A stretch of 63,747 nt of DNA, filler included, from Licmophora abbreviata (lineage: Eukaryota), in the NCBI GenBank assembly GCA_900291995.1. It is 6 parts of 6 records of this genome, joined end to end, with 100 filler letters (N's around TTAATTAATTAA, not from the genome) between each part and the next. Parts side by side here need not be neighbours in the genome. Positions count along the whole stretch, not along the records: positions 1 to 19,899 come from OLMU01004841.1; 5 more parts are not named here. One strand, written 5' to 3'. The notes under the pieces were generated by a model. The model was given only the letters and a program-made list of their open reading frames with translations, was not told the DNA's origin and ran no database searches. The position numbers and the translations under genes were made by a program. Below are positions 1-11,777 of this stretch, piece by piece; position 1 is the stretch's first letter, and each line of letters begins with the position of its first letter.

Positions 1-217
1 GTTTGACATAAGTAAACGTGCGCGCGTCGGATCGAAATACACATTATCCACGAGTCAAGCGTGATCTGCGACGCCGGACCAGATTGAATAGTGTCATACT
101 CATCATGGAGGATTGATTCCCGTCGGCTTTGTGGCTCCAGTGCTGTCGCGTTGCCGCTGTGTTCAGTATTGATCTGTCGAACTCTCCAAAGACGCCCCCT
201 CTCAATAGAAGCCTACG

Positions 218-1759
218 ATGAAATTGATAAAATTCTTTCGGAAGAAATCTGAATCGGCCACGAGCAACAGTCGAAAACGACCACCCAGTTCGTCCTCTGC
301 GATTGTTACAGCGGCTGAGACACGCCCTGTCTTTAGGCTGCCAGACGAGAAGATCAGCAGTACATGCGACATTGACAGCATCGACGAGGAGTCGCTCTAT
401 ACGACAAAGTCGAGAGATGTATACGAGTATTCTAAGACGAGTCGGAAAAGTTCGATCCCGTCAGCTAAGAACACAGTGCTTTCGACAAAGCTCCGTAGCG
501 CCGATCCGCTAGAGGTGCCGAATCAGACTCCGCAGAAGCATCGCTATCCCTGGAGCCTAGACGAGGGCCATTTCTCCTTACAGGACAGTGCCCCGTCTCC
601 ACCTCCGTCCGAAGCGTCGCCAGGTGTATACTCCACGGCGACGGCGGCTCTGACTGCCGCCCTCTTTTCCGAGCATCAAGGGGAAGAGGAATGCCAAGAT
701 CGAGTCGACGAGAGTGCCTATTGCCGAAATGGTTACTCGTCCATCGATTTCGAATTGGGGTCCAGACTGAATCTGAGCGATGCGGAACTTATGCATGAAC
801 ACAGTCCTGGCTCATTGCGCCTCACTGAGGAAGGGTTGAAGCGACACGAACGCAAGTCTTTCAGAGATAAAGTCCTGAAGCGGGCGGAGCCGACAAAGAA
901 GCGGGGGTATGTCAGTTGGAAGTTGCAACGAGAGAAGCGACAGTACTACCGTCAGAAACTCTCAGAGCGAGACCAACAGTTGAAGGAGGCGATTGAGAAG
1001 AAGGGGAAAATCAAGAGAGAAAAGTCCAAACAAGAAGCAACTGATGGCAACGCCTCGGTCGATCCCAGGTGCACGGAATCAGACGGCTCTCCCCTCGACG
1101 CAGTGAGCAGTCCACCTGTGCTCGGACTTAAGGCACGCCATCGATCATCCGTCAGCTATGTCGACATGTCAGACCTCTCGGTGGCCCCGATGAGTGTTTT
1201 CGACGATGTGGTTTACTCGAGCAATCGGTCGCAGATAGTCGCAACTCGACACGAAGCTATTTTGCAAAAGGAGCGTGAACGACAACGTGAAGCCGAGCGA
1301 CTGAAACAATCGGCGAAGGTTCAAGCCCGCGCCCGCATTGAGCGCCTGCGCAACGCAGAAATCGAACGACAACGTATTCTAAACGCTAATCCCGCAAAGC
1401 ACAAGAAGCAGTCTTTCGGTCGCCGGGAAATCCAACCGCTGGTGTCGATTTCATCCTTAACTTTGGAAGAGAAGAGCGATGTTGACGGTGTCGAGTGCTT
1501 CATTGCAAGAAACGATGAGGAGTTACTGGGGATTCCAAGCGAGAGCAAAAAAACTGAAACGCCTGATTCGTCGACCACAGGGACGACACTGTCGTCAATG
1601 CCATGCGCTGTGTGTTCCGCTGCCGATCGAGAGTACATTGCCGTGCCATGCATGCACTTCTGCTTTTGCAAGGATTGCGTCGAAAATGATCTACGGAGAG
1701 ACAATGTTTGTACAGTTTGCAAGACCACGAACGTCACCTTCTCTCGTGTTCACGGGTAG
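218..1759 (+). CDS. Low-complexity/coiled-coil protein with C-terminal C3HC4-type RING finger (putative E3 ligase)
   Basis: 513-aa ORF ending in CAVC..REYIAVPCMHFCFCKDC..CTVC, a zf-C3HC4_3-like RING spacing; the rest is Ser-rich and charged. Confidence 0.75.
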   Translation: MKLIKFFRKKSESATSNSRKRPPSSSSAIVTAAETRPVFRLPDEKISSTCDIDSIDEESLYTTKSRDVYEYSKTSRKSSIPSAKNTVLSTKLRSADPLEVPNQTPQKHRYPWSLDEGHFSLQDSAPSPPPSEASPGVYSTATAALTAALFSEHQGEEECQDRVDESAYCRNGYSSIDFELGSRLNLSDAELMHEHSPGSLRLTEEGLKRHERKSFRDKVLKRAEPTKKRGYVSWKLQREKRQYYRQKLSERDQQLKEAIEKKGKIKREKSKQEATDGNASVDPRCTESDGSPLDAVSSPPVLGLKARHRSSVSYVDMSDLSVAPMSVFDDVVYSSNRSQIVATRHEAILQKERERQREAERLKQSAKVQARARIERLRNAEIERQRILNANPAKHKKQSFGRREIQPLVSISSLTLEEKSDVDGVECFIARNDEELLGIPSESKKTETPDSSTTGTTLSSMPCAVCSAADREYIAVPCMHFCFCKDCVENDLRRDNVCTVCKTTNVTFSRVHG

Positions 1760-2243
1760 ACAACTACCACCTCGCAGAGGACACAGTCGGAGGGTGCAAT
1801 GACTAGGGGGCAGCAAACAATCGACGAGTACCAGTACGATAGATAGACAGTATTTGTACATCAGTCGCGATAACTTTAGATTCACATCCTGCAGGTTTCT
1901 TGAAAGAGCTGTCTTGTTTGGACCGAAAGTCCCTCTCGTACTAGATAGCTAGATAGCCTATCTCTAGAGAGAGGGTCTAACGTGGTTTCGTCGCAGCGAC
2001 GCCAGACTGACAAGCGTTTCCGTTATTCAAAGGCCAGATTTATCATAGTTACCATACCATTATAACTTCTGTTTAGCAAGACTGATGTTTGCTTTTTCTC
2101 TTCTTTTACCTCTCGGCCGGGGGGTACCCTGGTACCGTCTAATTTCTGAACTTGTGAATGCTTGTGCCGGAAGACCGGAATGGGACAATCAAAAACCTTT
2201 GCGCTTGCTTGTCAGACTCGAATCTGGAGGTGTGAAGCATAGC

Positions 2244-4208
2244 ATGAATATGGAGTCCGAGAAACGGGGCGAAGAGGTCGCCCAAGTCTCGCAAACTTGG
2301 AAATTCGATCGGGGAGTTCAGGCACGTTTACAGGGAAGCAAAGCTACTGGCCTTTATCGACTAATCCAAGGGCACGGCTCGCTGGGACTAACGAGAGCTA
2401 CTGGTGTCGCCTTTGTAGTCCTCGCTTGCGTCCCCGTGGCGCGTGCTGTCGACTCGGCACCTGATATGGGGCAAACGATCGCCCCAGTGCTAGGCCTTCC
2501 TCAGTTGCTCGTTGCTGGGGCTGGAGTCCTTGTCGTCGGAGGAGGGGCCATGTATTGCTTGGGCCTCAAGTCGCTAGCAAGACAGCTGCTGCTATCCTCT
2601 CTTCGTTGTACCATCCAGCTTTTCTTGCTCGGTTCTCTGGTTCTCGATCGGCTCTTTTCCACGACGCAGCCTTGGATAGTGTTTGCTTGGATCCTGGGCG
2701 CCGGTCTTGTGGCAGCTCATGAAGCTGCCAACCGCGTTGATTATACTTATCCGGGACTACGACAACACATGCGAATATCAATTCTCGGTGGAGGTTTATC
2801 GATTCTAGCTTTTGCTGTTATTACAGGGGTGCTTGGTCATCTGGAACCATGGTACTCTCCGCGCACTCTCATCACGGTCGCAGCCATGCTCTTGCACAAT
2901 ACACTTACGGCATCTTCATTATGTGGGACAGCTCTCACGCGAGAGTTCGCATTGCATCGTGACCAGATTGAGCTACGCCTGTCACGGGGCGCTACAGTCC
3001 GCGAAGCGTCTCTGCCACTGATCCAGTCTTCTCTATTGGCCGCTCTCACACCAACGATCAACGCACTCGCCACGGTCGGCATTGTATCAATGCCAGGCAT
3101 GATGACTGGTCAGATTCTTGCGGGACAGAGTGCTCGACAGGCCGCTGCCTACCAAGTAATGATTATGTTTCTCATTACGGCCAGCGCTTGCGCGATGGTG
3201 CTGCTTCTGGCAGGTTTGATTACGAAAGCAATGTTTGACGTGAAGCGACACGCACTCCAAACAAGTCCTGCACGCGCAGACGAGGCAACACCGTCACTGG
3301 ATTCGGGCAATCCAACCATGCTTTCAAAAGTTGTCGACGCCTGGCTATTCCTATTGTCGTGTTTCGGTATCCGTATCGGAAAAGCCACGCGGTGTCAGCA
3401 GAACAGCATTCTCGGCACGGACAACGTAGAGCTGGTGGATGCTGAGCAAGGCAGTCACCTGCCGCCACTGCGTTTTGTTGCGCAGAATGATGTAAGAAAG
3501 CTGCGACAGATTTCCGCAAACGGGTTGACGTCCCTTTTCTCGCCAAAATCGGACAAGACCCCTCTATTGGCTATTAAACCAGAACAAGGTTCCATGTCTG
3601 TCAAAGGACTGCTCGTCAAACGAAGCAACGTTCGAGTATCCTTCACCGTTCGGAGCGGCGAACGAGTGGGGATCACAGGTATGAGCGGAGTTGGGAAATC
3701 GCAGCTCTTGCGAACCATCTCAGGGCTCGAAGTACCTGGCGACTTGGACGGAGTCGTCTCTATCGATGGATTGTCATTGAGGGGAACCGAACCGCCCGTT
3801 TGGCGTCGTCATGTGTGCTGGGTGTCTCAGGATCGTCCAACAGTGGGCGGAAGTCCAAATGACTTCTTCCTGGAAGTTCAGGGATACTCAAGTCGTCGTG
3901 GCGGGAGCACGGTTTTTCCATCGAACACACCAACCGATATCGCTGCAAAATGGGGACTTCCGCCCGCCACAATGGATCGACCGTGGTCATCTTTGTCAGG
4001 AGGTGAAGCTCAGCGAGCTTCGCTTGCCATTGCACTGGCTCTTAACCCCGCCATCCTTCTGGCGGACGAGCCCACCTCTGCCTGCGATGCCGCGACCGCA
4101 CGGAAAATGGAAATGACCCTTGCTGCCTCGCAGATTCCCATGCTCATTGTTACGCACTCGGAGGAGCAGCTCCGCAGATTCTGCACACATCACCTTGAGC
4201 TGAAGTAG
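2244..4208 (+). CDS. Fused UPF0014 (FetB/YbbM/STAR2-like) permease + ABC ATPase (FetA/YbbL/STAR1-like)
   Basis: N-half has multiple TM segments and the UPF0014 signature VGIVSMPGMMTGQILAG..AAAYQ; C-half has Walker A GMSGVGKS, LSGGE, Walker B ILLADEP and VTHS. ORF is open from 2085; the start at ATG 2244 is a guess. Confidence 0.85.
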   Translation: MNMESEKRGEEVAQVSQTWKFDRGVQARLQGSKATGLYRLIQGHGSLGLTRATGVAFVVLACVPVARAVDSAPDMGQTIAPVLGLPQLLVAGAGVLVVGGGAMYCLGLKSLARQLLLSSLRCTIQLFLLGSLVLDRLFSTTQPWIVFAWILGAGLVAAHEAANRVDYTYPGLRQHMRISILGGGLSILAFAVITGVLGHLEPWYSPRTLITVAAMLLHNTLTASSLCGTALTREFALHRDQIELRLSRGATVREASLPLIQSSLLAALTPTINALATVGIVSMPGMMTGQILAGQSARQAAAYQVMIMFLITASACAMVLLLAGLITKAMFDVKRHALQTSPARADEATPSLDSGNPTMLSKVVDAWLFLLSCFGIRIGKATRCQQNSILGTDNVELVDAEQGSHLPPLRFVAQNDVRKLRQISANGLTSLFSPKSDKTPLLAIKPEQGSMSVKGLLVKRSNVRVSFTVRSGERVGITGMSGVGKSQLLRTISGLEVPGDLDGVVSIDGLSLRGTEPPVWRRHVCWVSQDRPTVGGSPNDFFLEVQGYSSRRGGSTVFPSNTPTDIAAKWGLPPATMDRPWSSLSGGEAQRASLAIALALNPAILLADEPTSACDAATARKMEMTLAASQIPMLIVTHSEEQLRRFCTHHLELK

Positions 4209-4774
4209 GCAGCGGGGCGATTGAAACTTATCATCACTGAATGTATCGATGAAGTCCCATCTGCTGTATCACAACGATTGTCTTAAAAAGTCTCTTTGTG
4301 TCACTTACGACAGTATCTACAAGGATCACATTCTTCACTTGGCTCACGTAGAGTCGCCTCTTCCGTTTCATGTCTCATGCCTCGCAGACATCAGCGAGAT
4401 TTCGACAGCTTCGAGGCTGAGTGCCACAGATGGAGTGTTGTTTGTATGGAATACATATGATACCTTCCGCTCGGAAAAGCTCCGGACAAGATAAGCATCG
4501 AGCATAGCGCTGCTGTTGGTAGCACTTGGAGAGAGATAGGCGATATTATTGCGCTTGAAACTCTTAGGCTCGGAAAGACGCCTGATCCTTCTCTATTTCG
4601 CTTCGGTAGAAGCTACAGATAATAGAGGAGCTCGACTCTATGTAAGTTCGATTCGCTTTCTAAGAGAGCAGGTCTACCTTAGTCGAAGGGCATTGACTAT
4701 GCCGCATGCGATTGCACATCCCCACAAGACATATACTTTTCCTTCCTCCTTTCCACCCTCCTACCAGTGCAAGG

Positions 4775-7624
4775 CTAGTAGAGGCACCCCAGGTTGATAA
4801 GTTGATGCTCGCCGCTGTTGTCGTCGACGCCGTCGTTGTCGTTAATGATCCAGACGTTTCCTTCGCTGGTAACAGCTGAGCCCTCAATCTTCTCGTAGAC
4901 CTGCCCATGTTTGGCGAGGAGATCAGGAAAGAGATCTCGCACGAACTTCTTCTCGATCGTTTCACCGGACTTGTAATGCTTGAGGTCGATCTCGTAGAGA
5001 CGCTTGATGGCCGCATCCGGACCACCTTGGTTGTCGCGCTCGACAACCAAGAACTTCATGTCACCCAGAGGACTGATATCACTAAGTCCAACCCACCCGC
5101 CGTTCTGAGACTCAGGCATGTCTAGTGGATAGAAAACGAATTCCCACTTCTTTCTGTGCGAATCGAAGATCCCAAGACGCGGGTTGACATCTCCCAGGTC
5201 CATCCACGCGCGCTGGAAAGCCACGACGACCTTCCTGCCATCCTCGGCGACCCCCTCGAAGCCGAAACGAAGCTGTCCTGCGTTGACCTCATCAGGGAGC
5301 GAGTAGACATTATCGATAACACCATGGTCATCAATCTTGAGCAAGAAATTAAGGCTATTGATCGGACGGGCTTCGGAGTCACTTACAGTGCCGCTTCCTT
5401 CCGAAACAACCCAAAAGCCCTATTGAAGAGAGCGACGGTAATTGAGATGAGAAACTCGCGTCAAGAAACTATGACATGGACGAAAGCATCAAGAGCAACT
5501 TACTCCGTATTTCTCTGAAATGGCGATTCCTTCGGGATCAAGGTTGACCGTCTTGTCGTCGTTGATGAGAGCCTTTCGGTCGTCCTTAGTGAAAGTCGTC
5601 GCCTCGTCTCCTTTGTCTACGGGAAACTTGGCGAGGCGATTCTTGCTATCTACCATGAAAATCTCATCCTCGACAACAGCAGGGAAACTAGAGGCGTCGA
5701 TCTTGAAAATTCGGTTGCTGTTGTAGAAGCTATCTTCGACCGCATATAGGGTGGAACTTCCCTTGGCAGCTAAACCCGACATCGCAGAGAACGGAATGGG
5801 AACATTCGAATTTTTGCGATTCTTTGACTTGATGGTTGGATAGTCAGGCTCGTAATATCCATTGATGTGGTAGATATTGAGGACAGATCGAATTCTGCGG
5901 AATGAAAGGGTGCGATGTGAGAAGTGTGACATGCTGATGTCTCAGGCAAAACTGTTGCAACTCACTTGGCGTCACGTGCGTCCGCTTCAGATGCCACGAC
6001 GAGCAGTCCCCGTTGGGAAATAGTGAGACCTCCCTCTGGTGCCACTCCGGCAGGCAGGACTTGCAAGAATCGGGGATTAGTCGGATCATTTACGTTGTAC
6101 ACAAATACGACACTGGATCGCTCAGAGTTTACGAAAAGCAGCGTATTCTTCCCGTACTGCCCAACCGCCTGTCATTCACGCAATAATATGGTCGAAGCGA
6201 GGGTGAGAGAAGCGGGTTCAAGACATGACCGCATACACTCGCTGGTTCAAATGAAAAATGAGCAAATATGCAAGTAGGGAACGTACCACGTTCTCGGGCT
6301 CGTTTCCCTTGTTCTCCGACCGTTCGTCGGGATAGTGTCCGATCATGGCCGTCATGTGCTCGAGGTCATTGCCTGGCTCATATACAGGGTCCCTTGTGTG
6401 TGCATCCCAGATGGTGAAACCTCGACTTCCACCATCGAGATCACCCTCGTCGGCGGTCACAAAGTAGCGCGTGTCAATCCAGACGACGCCGTCGGGCTCA
6501 CGCGGGACTCTCTTGAGCTTGTCGCTCTGGTCGATCACGCTGCAAGGAGAAAGGCAAGGTCAGAGCGGAGTGATACTGTCGTGAGTTACATCGGATGGCG
6601 TACAAGCAGTCGTTTCACGCGATCGTTTAAATTCATAGTACAGGACTCACCCATCCTCAACGGTATCGACCTTCTTGAGATCGACTTTTCCGGCGGAAAA
6701 GCTCCTCTTGACTTGGGCCTTTTCCAAGTCGACCAACACGATTGCGTTGTTTTCCTGAAGAGTGACGACACACATGTTGTCTTCATTGATGGAAACAAAT
6801 TCGGGCTCCGGATCATCTGGATACTTGACTCCGTTCAGACCGGTGAGATCGACCACTTCAGAAGTCCAATCCTCACAGTCGTCACTTGAAGAATCGACGA
6901 CGACAAGGTATCCAGCAGGGAGCTGAGGAAGACCACCCTCGACTTCATCAACTGTGATATCTTCATCGCGTTCGTTCTCGATGGCAACCGCGATGTAATT
7001 CTTGTCGGGGCTGATGGCGACAGAGTCGGGCTGTCCACCTAGGTCGATGCTGCAGCTATTGATCACGGCTTGATTAGAGATGCTTGCGACCACCAGAAGA
7101 CCAGAAGGGTTGATGAAGTCTGGACTAGTGTTGATTCCGGCAATAGCATAGTCTCCCTTTACGGTAACGGACGTGGGCTCGCCGCCGAGTTCGACCTCTC
7201 CGGCGGCCTTGGGTGAATGAGGGTTGGTTATGTCGACAAAGCCGAGCTTTTCTTGCGCACTGTCCGTGTACACAAGAGTGCGGCCATCATCACTGGCGGA
7301 TACAATCTCGGCAACCGCCTCCTCGTCCGTGTTGCAGTCCTCGTCAATCTGACTGCAAATGTGGAAGACAGAGATCCGATTGAAGTAGTCGTCCTGTGAA
7401 ACAAGACGCATAAACGGATTGCAAGGCGAGTTGTGAGACTCGAAACAAGGGTCGGTCGCTTCCTCGTGACACTGGATCGCAATCCCTCCACTTACTTTCG
7501 CAGGCTTGGCAGTCTTCGTCAGGTCGCGCTGACCGACGGCACCGCGGACACGGGGGGCATCTGCGGTCGACTCACTCGAGACAACTAGAGCCAGCAATAG
7601 GCAAGCTCCAAAGAGGATTCTCAT
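4775..7624 (-). CDS. Secreted alkaline phosphatase / phytase-like esterase (beta-propeller + phytase-like domain), 5 exons
   Basis: Exons 7624-6651, 6539-6287, 6168-5966, 5894-5504, 5419-4775 join in frame via GT-AG introns. Signal peptide; motifs GGEPTSV, GQPDSVA, AIENERDE, DPEPE, LQENN, TADEGD, GNEPE, DPEGIA, LVVERDN, KIEG, NDNDG match the bacterial 'esterase-like activity of phytase' family. Confidence 0.85.
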
Positions 7625-7689
7625 GATCAGATTGCAGGGTTCACGTCAATTTTGAAAATTATGTGGATCTTGGGTAGACCTACGATGGA

Positions 7690-7872
7690 AAGATCTTTTC
7701 GGCAATTTCAACAGTTGATCTTTCATTGGATTCAGTTGAACCTTTCAAAGATTCGCCTACCAATTTTGTGAGGAGAATCTTCTCATCATTTTCACTTTCA
7801 GAGATTAATAAACTTAATAAAAAACTAAAACATTCTTTAAACCAAGTATATGTATATATATATACGAATCTC
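7690..7872. promoter_or_regulatory. Putative PSR-binding boxes upstream of the phosphatase gene
   Basis: YGAATCTH matches at 7748-7755 (minus strand) and 7865-7872 (plus strand), near-match AGAATCTT at 7774-7781, palindrome AAGATCTT at 7690-7697. Confidence 0.6.
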
Positions 7873-8312
7873 AGGAGAAGCTGACCGGTACTCACCTCTT
7901 ACGCCGTGATGCGAAAATTTGGTGAGATTGACTGCTGGTATCGTACCAGTATGATAGCACTGCACATGAACCTGTACCGGTACCTTGTACGTACAAGTTC
8001 AACGTATCGTTTACTAATACTATAGTATGAATAGAAGGCTCGTACCTGGCACGGTACCAAGTACAGTAAGTAGAATAGTCTACACTCTCTATCACTTACT
8101 TCAGTTAGAGTACTAGCTAGTAGAGAGATCCATCTCCGGAGAGAGCGAATCGGTAGTCTGACTATGACTACTAGAGAGTAGATACGATACTTCGCATTTC
8201 ATGCACGCTGTGACCATTAGTTGTTCGACGGGTTATTGCCTTTAGCACGCTTCGCGATCTCTACGCACGACGGATGATTTCATGTTTGCTACTTCACATA
8301 CAATTCACGCCT

Positions 8313-9928
8313 CTAGTCGCCCACTCTCTTCTTGTATCGAATCCGGCAGTCCCCCTTGGGTCCTACGACCATGGCCTCGTAGTCAATGTCAGGTACAGTA
8401 TCAGCGACAGGTTCGATCTCATACTCACGGAACAAAATACTCAGAATCGTCTTGACCTGTAGATAGCCAAAGTTCTGTCCCATGCACGAATGCATGCCTC
8501 CTCCGAAACCGAGATACGCATACGGAATCTTGTGTTCTTCGCGACCGGGGCCGTACCTGTCCGGGTCAAACTCGTCAGGTTTGGAGAAAACCTCTGGAAG
8601 ACGCATACCCACACTGGGACTGACCAAAACCATGTCGTCCTTGGGAATTGTAAAGGACTGACCACCCGCCCTGATGGGAATGTCCTTCATGGCTTTGCGA
8701 ATCAATAGAATCAATGGAGGACACAGACGTAGAGCTTCGCGCATGCAGTCGTGCAAGAACCCCATCTCATTCACCCTGTCGTAGTCAAGAGGTGCGTCTG
8801 GCGAGCCCATAACTTTCGACTGCTCGGCAAGGATACGCTTCAGTATAGTCGGATTGTTTGCAATAAACAATAATGTCCAAGTCGAACTGATGCACGACGT
8901 GTGTTGACCCGCAAACAAGAGTGCAATCAGAAGTCCAGTCACTTGCTCGTTCGTCACAAGGCTGCCGTCTTTGTATTTGAGATCCATGAAAATGCTCAGA
9001 ATGTCTGTTCCGTCCGATTTACCACGATTCGCTCGACGCTCGGCAATGACCTTGCTAAAAAGTTCCACCATTTGTGCACGTGCCTTGTTGCGTTTGCGGT
9101 GACGGTTGGTCGGCGCGTTGGGCCAAAAGACGGTCAGCGGAGTCAGTCCCTCATCGAGATCGTGATAGAGCTTACTAACTTCCTTGAAGATTTGTTCTCG
9201 GACATCGTCTCCGTGCAAACAACGCGATGCCGTAAGAATGGTAATTTCTGAGAGCGCCTGCAGAATATCGACTTCGCCTGAGTCTCCCCAGCTCGCAAGG
9301 TACTGTCGAGTTTCCATTTCAATCTTGGCGACGTATCCCTTCAGTCGACTGACACGAAGTCCATTGGCCATGTTCTGGAACTGAACCTGTCGGTTTTTCT
9401 TTGTGGCGTCGTAAACTACATCCTTGCCAAAGACGGGTGTCATGAACGAGTACACTTCGTTCTGGGAAAGAACATCGTCTGAGGCCGTGAAGAAGATCTC
9501 CTGAGCCTCCGGGCCAATCAGGAACGTCAAGCGCTTGTTAAGAATCTATGTGAGCGAAAGAGTCGGGAGGAGGGGACGAAAGAAGCAAGAGAGTGTCAGG
9601 TTTGAGGTTTCGTCAGTTCGAAGGGCATGTACTACTGTATTTCGGTCGCGTCGGCATTGGTCCTCATTTTTTCGTTTGTGGTACAGATTCTACGCACCGG
9701 CACGGTAAAGACAGGCCCGTACGTGGCGAAGCAGCGGCGGACCATCTTGACGGGGCCCTTTCCGAACTCCAAAGCCATTCCAAGGTACGGAACATTGACG
9801 ATCGGACTAGTCAGGACCATAGGAGGAGCATTCTTCCCACCCTTGCGGGGGTGTAGGATCCACCAAATGGCGAACAAGGCGGCAAACGCCCACCAGTACG
9901 ACAGCAACGCTTCTTCCACCAACGCCAT
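8313..9928 (-). CDS. CYP51: Sterol 14-alpha-demethylase (cytochrome P450 CYP51), 2 exons
   Basis: Exons 9928-9698 and 9545-8313; YSFMTPVFGKDVVYD, ALLFAGQHTS, EALR, heme motif FGGGMHSCMG; N-terminal TM anchor. Confidence 0.95.
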
Positions 9929-10357
9929 CGTCTCTTTTTTGTGAGAGTATTTCCCGCCAACCGCGCGCTACCTAGTTTCTGGTAGTATTTCTACGTGTCA
10001 CGCAACCCAGCGTACAAAGGACGGGTTCGCATTTTAGAGCATCCGGGACGTTCCCCATACATTCCTCCAGACTCATAGGCTGGCAGGCGCGAGGTGCGCC
10101 AACGTCTCACTCACACTGAATGAATCAATTCGAGTCGAATCAGTCAATCGACTGCGTGAACTGATACAATCATCGTATAATCGACAATCTAGAGTGGGAA
10201 ATTTGAAATTTAGAAACTGCTGCCTTCGAATCTCGTCCTTCCTTAGCACTGGCGAGAAACTTCTGCTACATGATGAAAAGCTGCGGGCTGTTGCAGTCTA
10301 TGAAATTCAGATAGCAGCGCAGGGACGCACTTTTTTTGGCAACTTGATTTCTCTACA

Positions 10358-11329
10358 TTACACTCGAAACGACGACGACGACGACGACATGAGCGAGCTG
10401 CGTTCTCCATACATTCCAGTCTCGTCGTCCTTGAGGAGTCCCGATCGCACTATGTTGGTCGCCACCACGTCGGGTTGTGCCCACGAGAAGTTGCGTGATC
10501 CTCCCAATCGCCGCCTCGCCATGGCAGTCAGATCCGGCTGTTCGTCGACAATTCGCCGGTACTCTGGATACTTGCAATACGCATAAAAGGTCATGAATGC
10601 AGTCAATAAAAAGAGAACGCCCACTAGTATATCCAAGATGGATCCTTGCGATACACAGAGCCCACTGAGTAAGAATAGAAAGAAGGTGCGTCCGATGGGA
10701 TGATGGATGAGCCCAAAGTTGTCAATGACGACTTGGCGTATATAGGGCGTATGCAATTCGTAGCAGCCCAAAAGAGTAGTAAAGAACAAGCGATAGACGT
10801 TCAAGACAAGTTGGGCGGGATGGAGTTGAAAGACATGAGTGAACACGTCGGGCAGTCCCAGAAACAAGGCCATGATGCAGCCAACTATGTTCATAGTGCG
10901 CATCTTCCACAGCACTTCGAGCAAGGCTTCTCCTTGATCGTCCGATGCATTGTGAAAACCTGTATTAGGACGTATACTAGCATCTCCTCGTAGACCAGAA
11001 GAAGACGACGCACGGAAGGAATCGCTTCTGCTGCTGCTGTGCAAGAGATTTAGTTCATCGTCGTCCGCGAGTGAATAGTTCGTGACGATTGGGAGTGCCG
11101 CGTTGCTGCCTTTGCGAGCGTAGTTGTGCTGTTGCTGCTGCTGTTGGTAGCTGCCTTCGAGTGACGAACGTGTAGTAGTAGTAGAAGTCGTAGTCGGAGG
11201 AGTGGGAGGAGGTGCTGCTGGAGGAGGTGCACGTGGATTTTGTGGGAGTGTTTGCGATGTTTCTTGTTCACGGGGGACAAACGACGACATGCCTTCCATC
11301 AGCTTTTCGGGAGTCATAGCAGTACTCAT
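10358..11329 (-). CDS. COPI-associated/TVP15-like Golgi membrane protein
   Basis: Four hydrophobic segments with ..LGCYEL..DNFGLIHHPIGRTFFLFLLSGL pattern after a disordered N-terminus; start taken at MSTAM. Confidence 0.65.
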   Translation of the reverse strand: MSTAMTPEKLMEGMSSFVPREQETSQTLPQNPRAPPPAAPPPTPPTTTSTTTTRSSLEGSYQQQQQQHNYARKGSNAALPIVTNYSLADDDELNLLHSSSRSDSFRASSSSGLRGDASIRPNTGFHNASDDQGEALLEVLWKMRTMNIVGCIMALFLGLPDVFTHVFQLHPAQLVLNVYRLFFTTLLGCYELHTPYIRQVVIDNFGLIHHPIGRTFFLFLLSGLCVSQGSILDILVGVLFLLTAFMTFYAYCKYPEYRRIVDEQPDLTAMARRRLGGSRNFSWAQPDVVATNIVRSGLLKDDETGMYGERSSLMSSSSSSFRV

Positions 11330-11777
11330 CGCATGAGATTCCGTGGACGGCGAGTCAAGGAAAGAAGGACTATGGACGCGGAGATTGTAAGTGGGCGCGT
11401 TGCGGATAAAGAGTACCGATATGTACCAGGTATGAATGAGAAGTGAGAGAGTGTGGTCGAAAAGCGTTCGCGGGTTCTCGAATTGCAATGATTTGATTCG
11501 ACTCATTCGACTGTCTCAACTCTAGAATTCATTCTCAAAATGTCCTGCGACATCAAGTGAGACATGTACACGAACTCCGCGACGGCCAGCCATCTGATAG
11601 GCACACTGACAGAGAGAAGGCAAGAAGATCTTTCGCGGCTGCACTTGCACGACACAGCTGTCTTCGACGAAAACAGAAACAGAAAACAAAACTGACATCG
11701 GCAGTGTAGTCTACCATTGTCTTTATTTTCCACTGAACTCTGCCACTCCAGTCAAACTTGCATAGTCTGTCTACACA

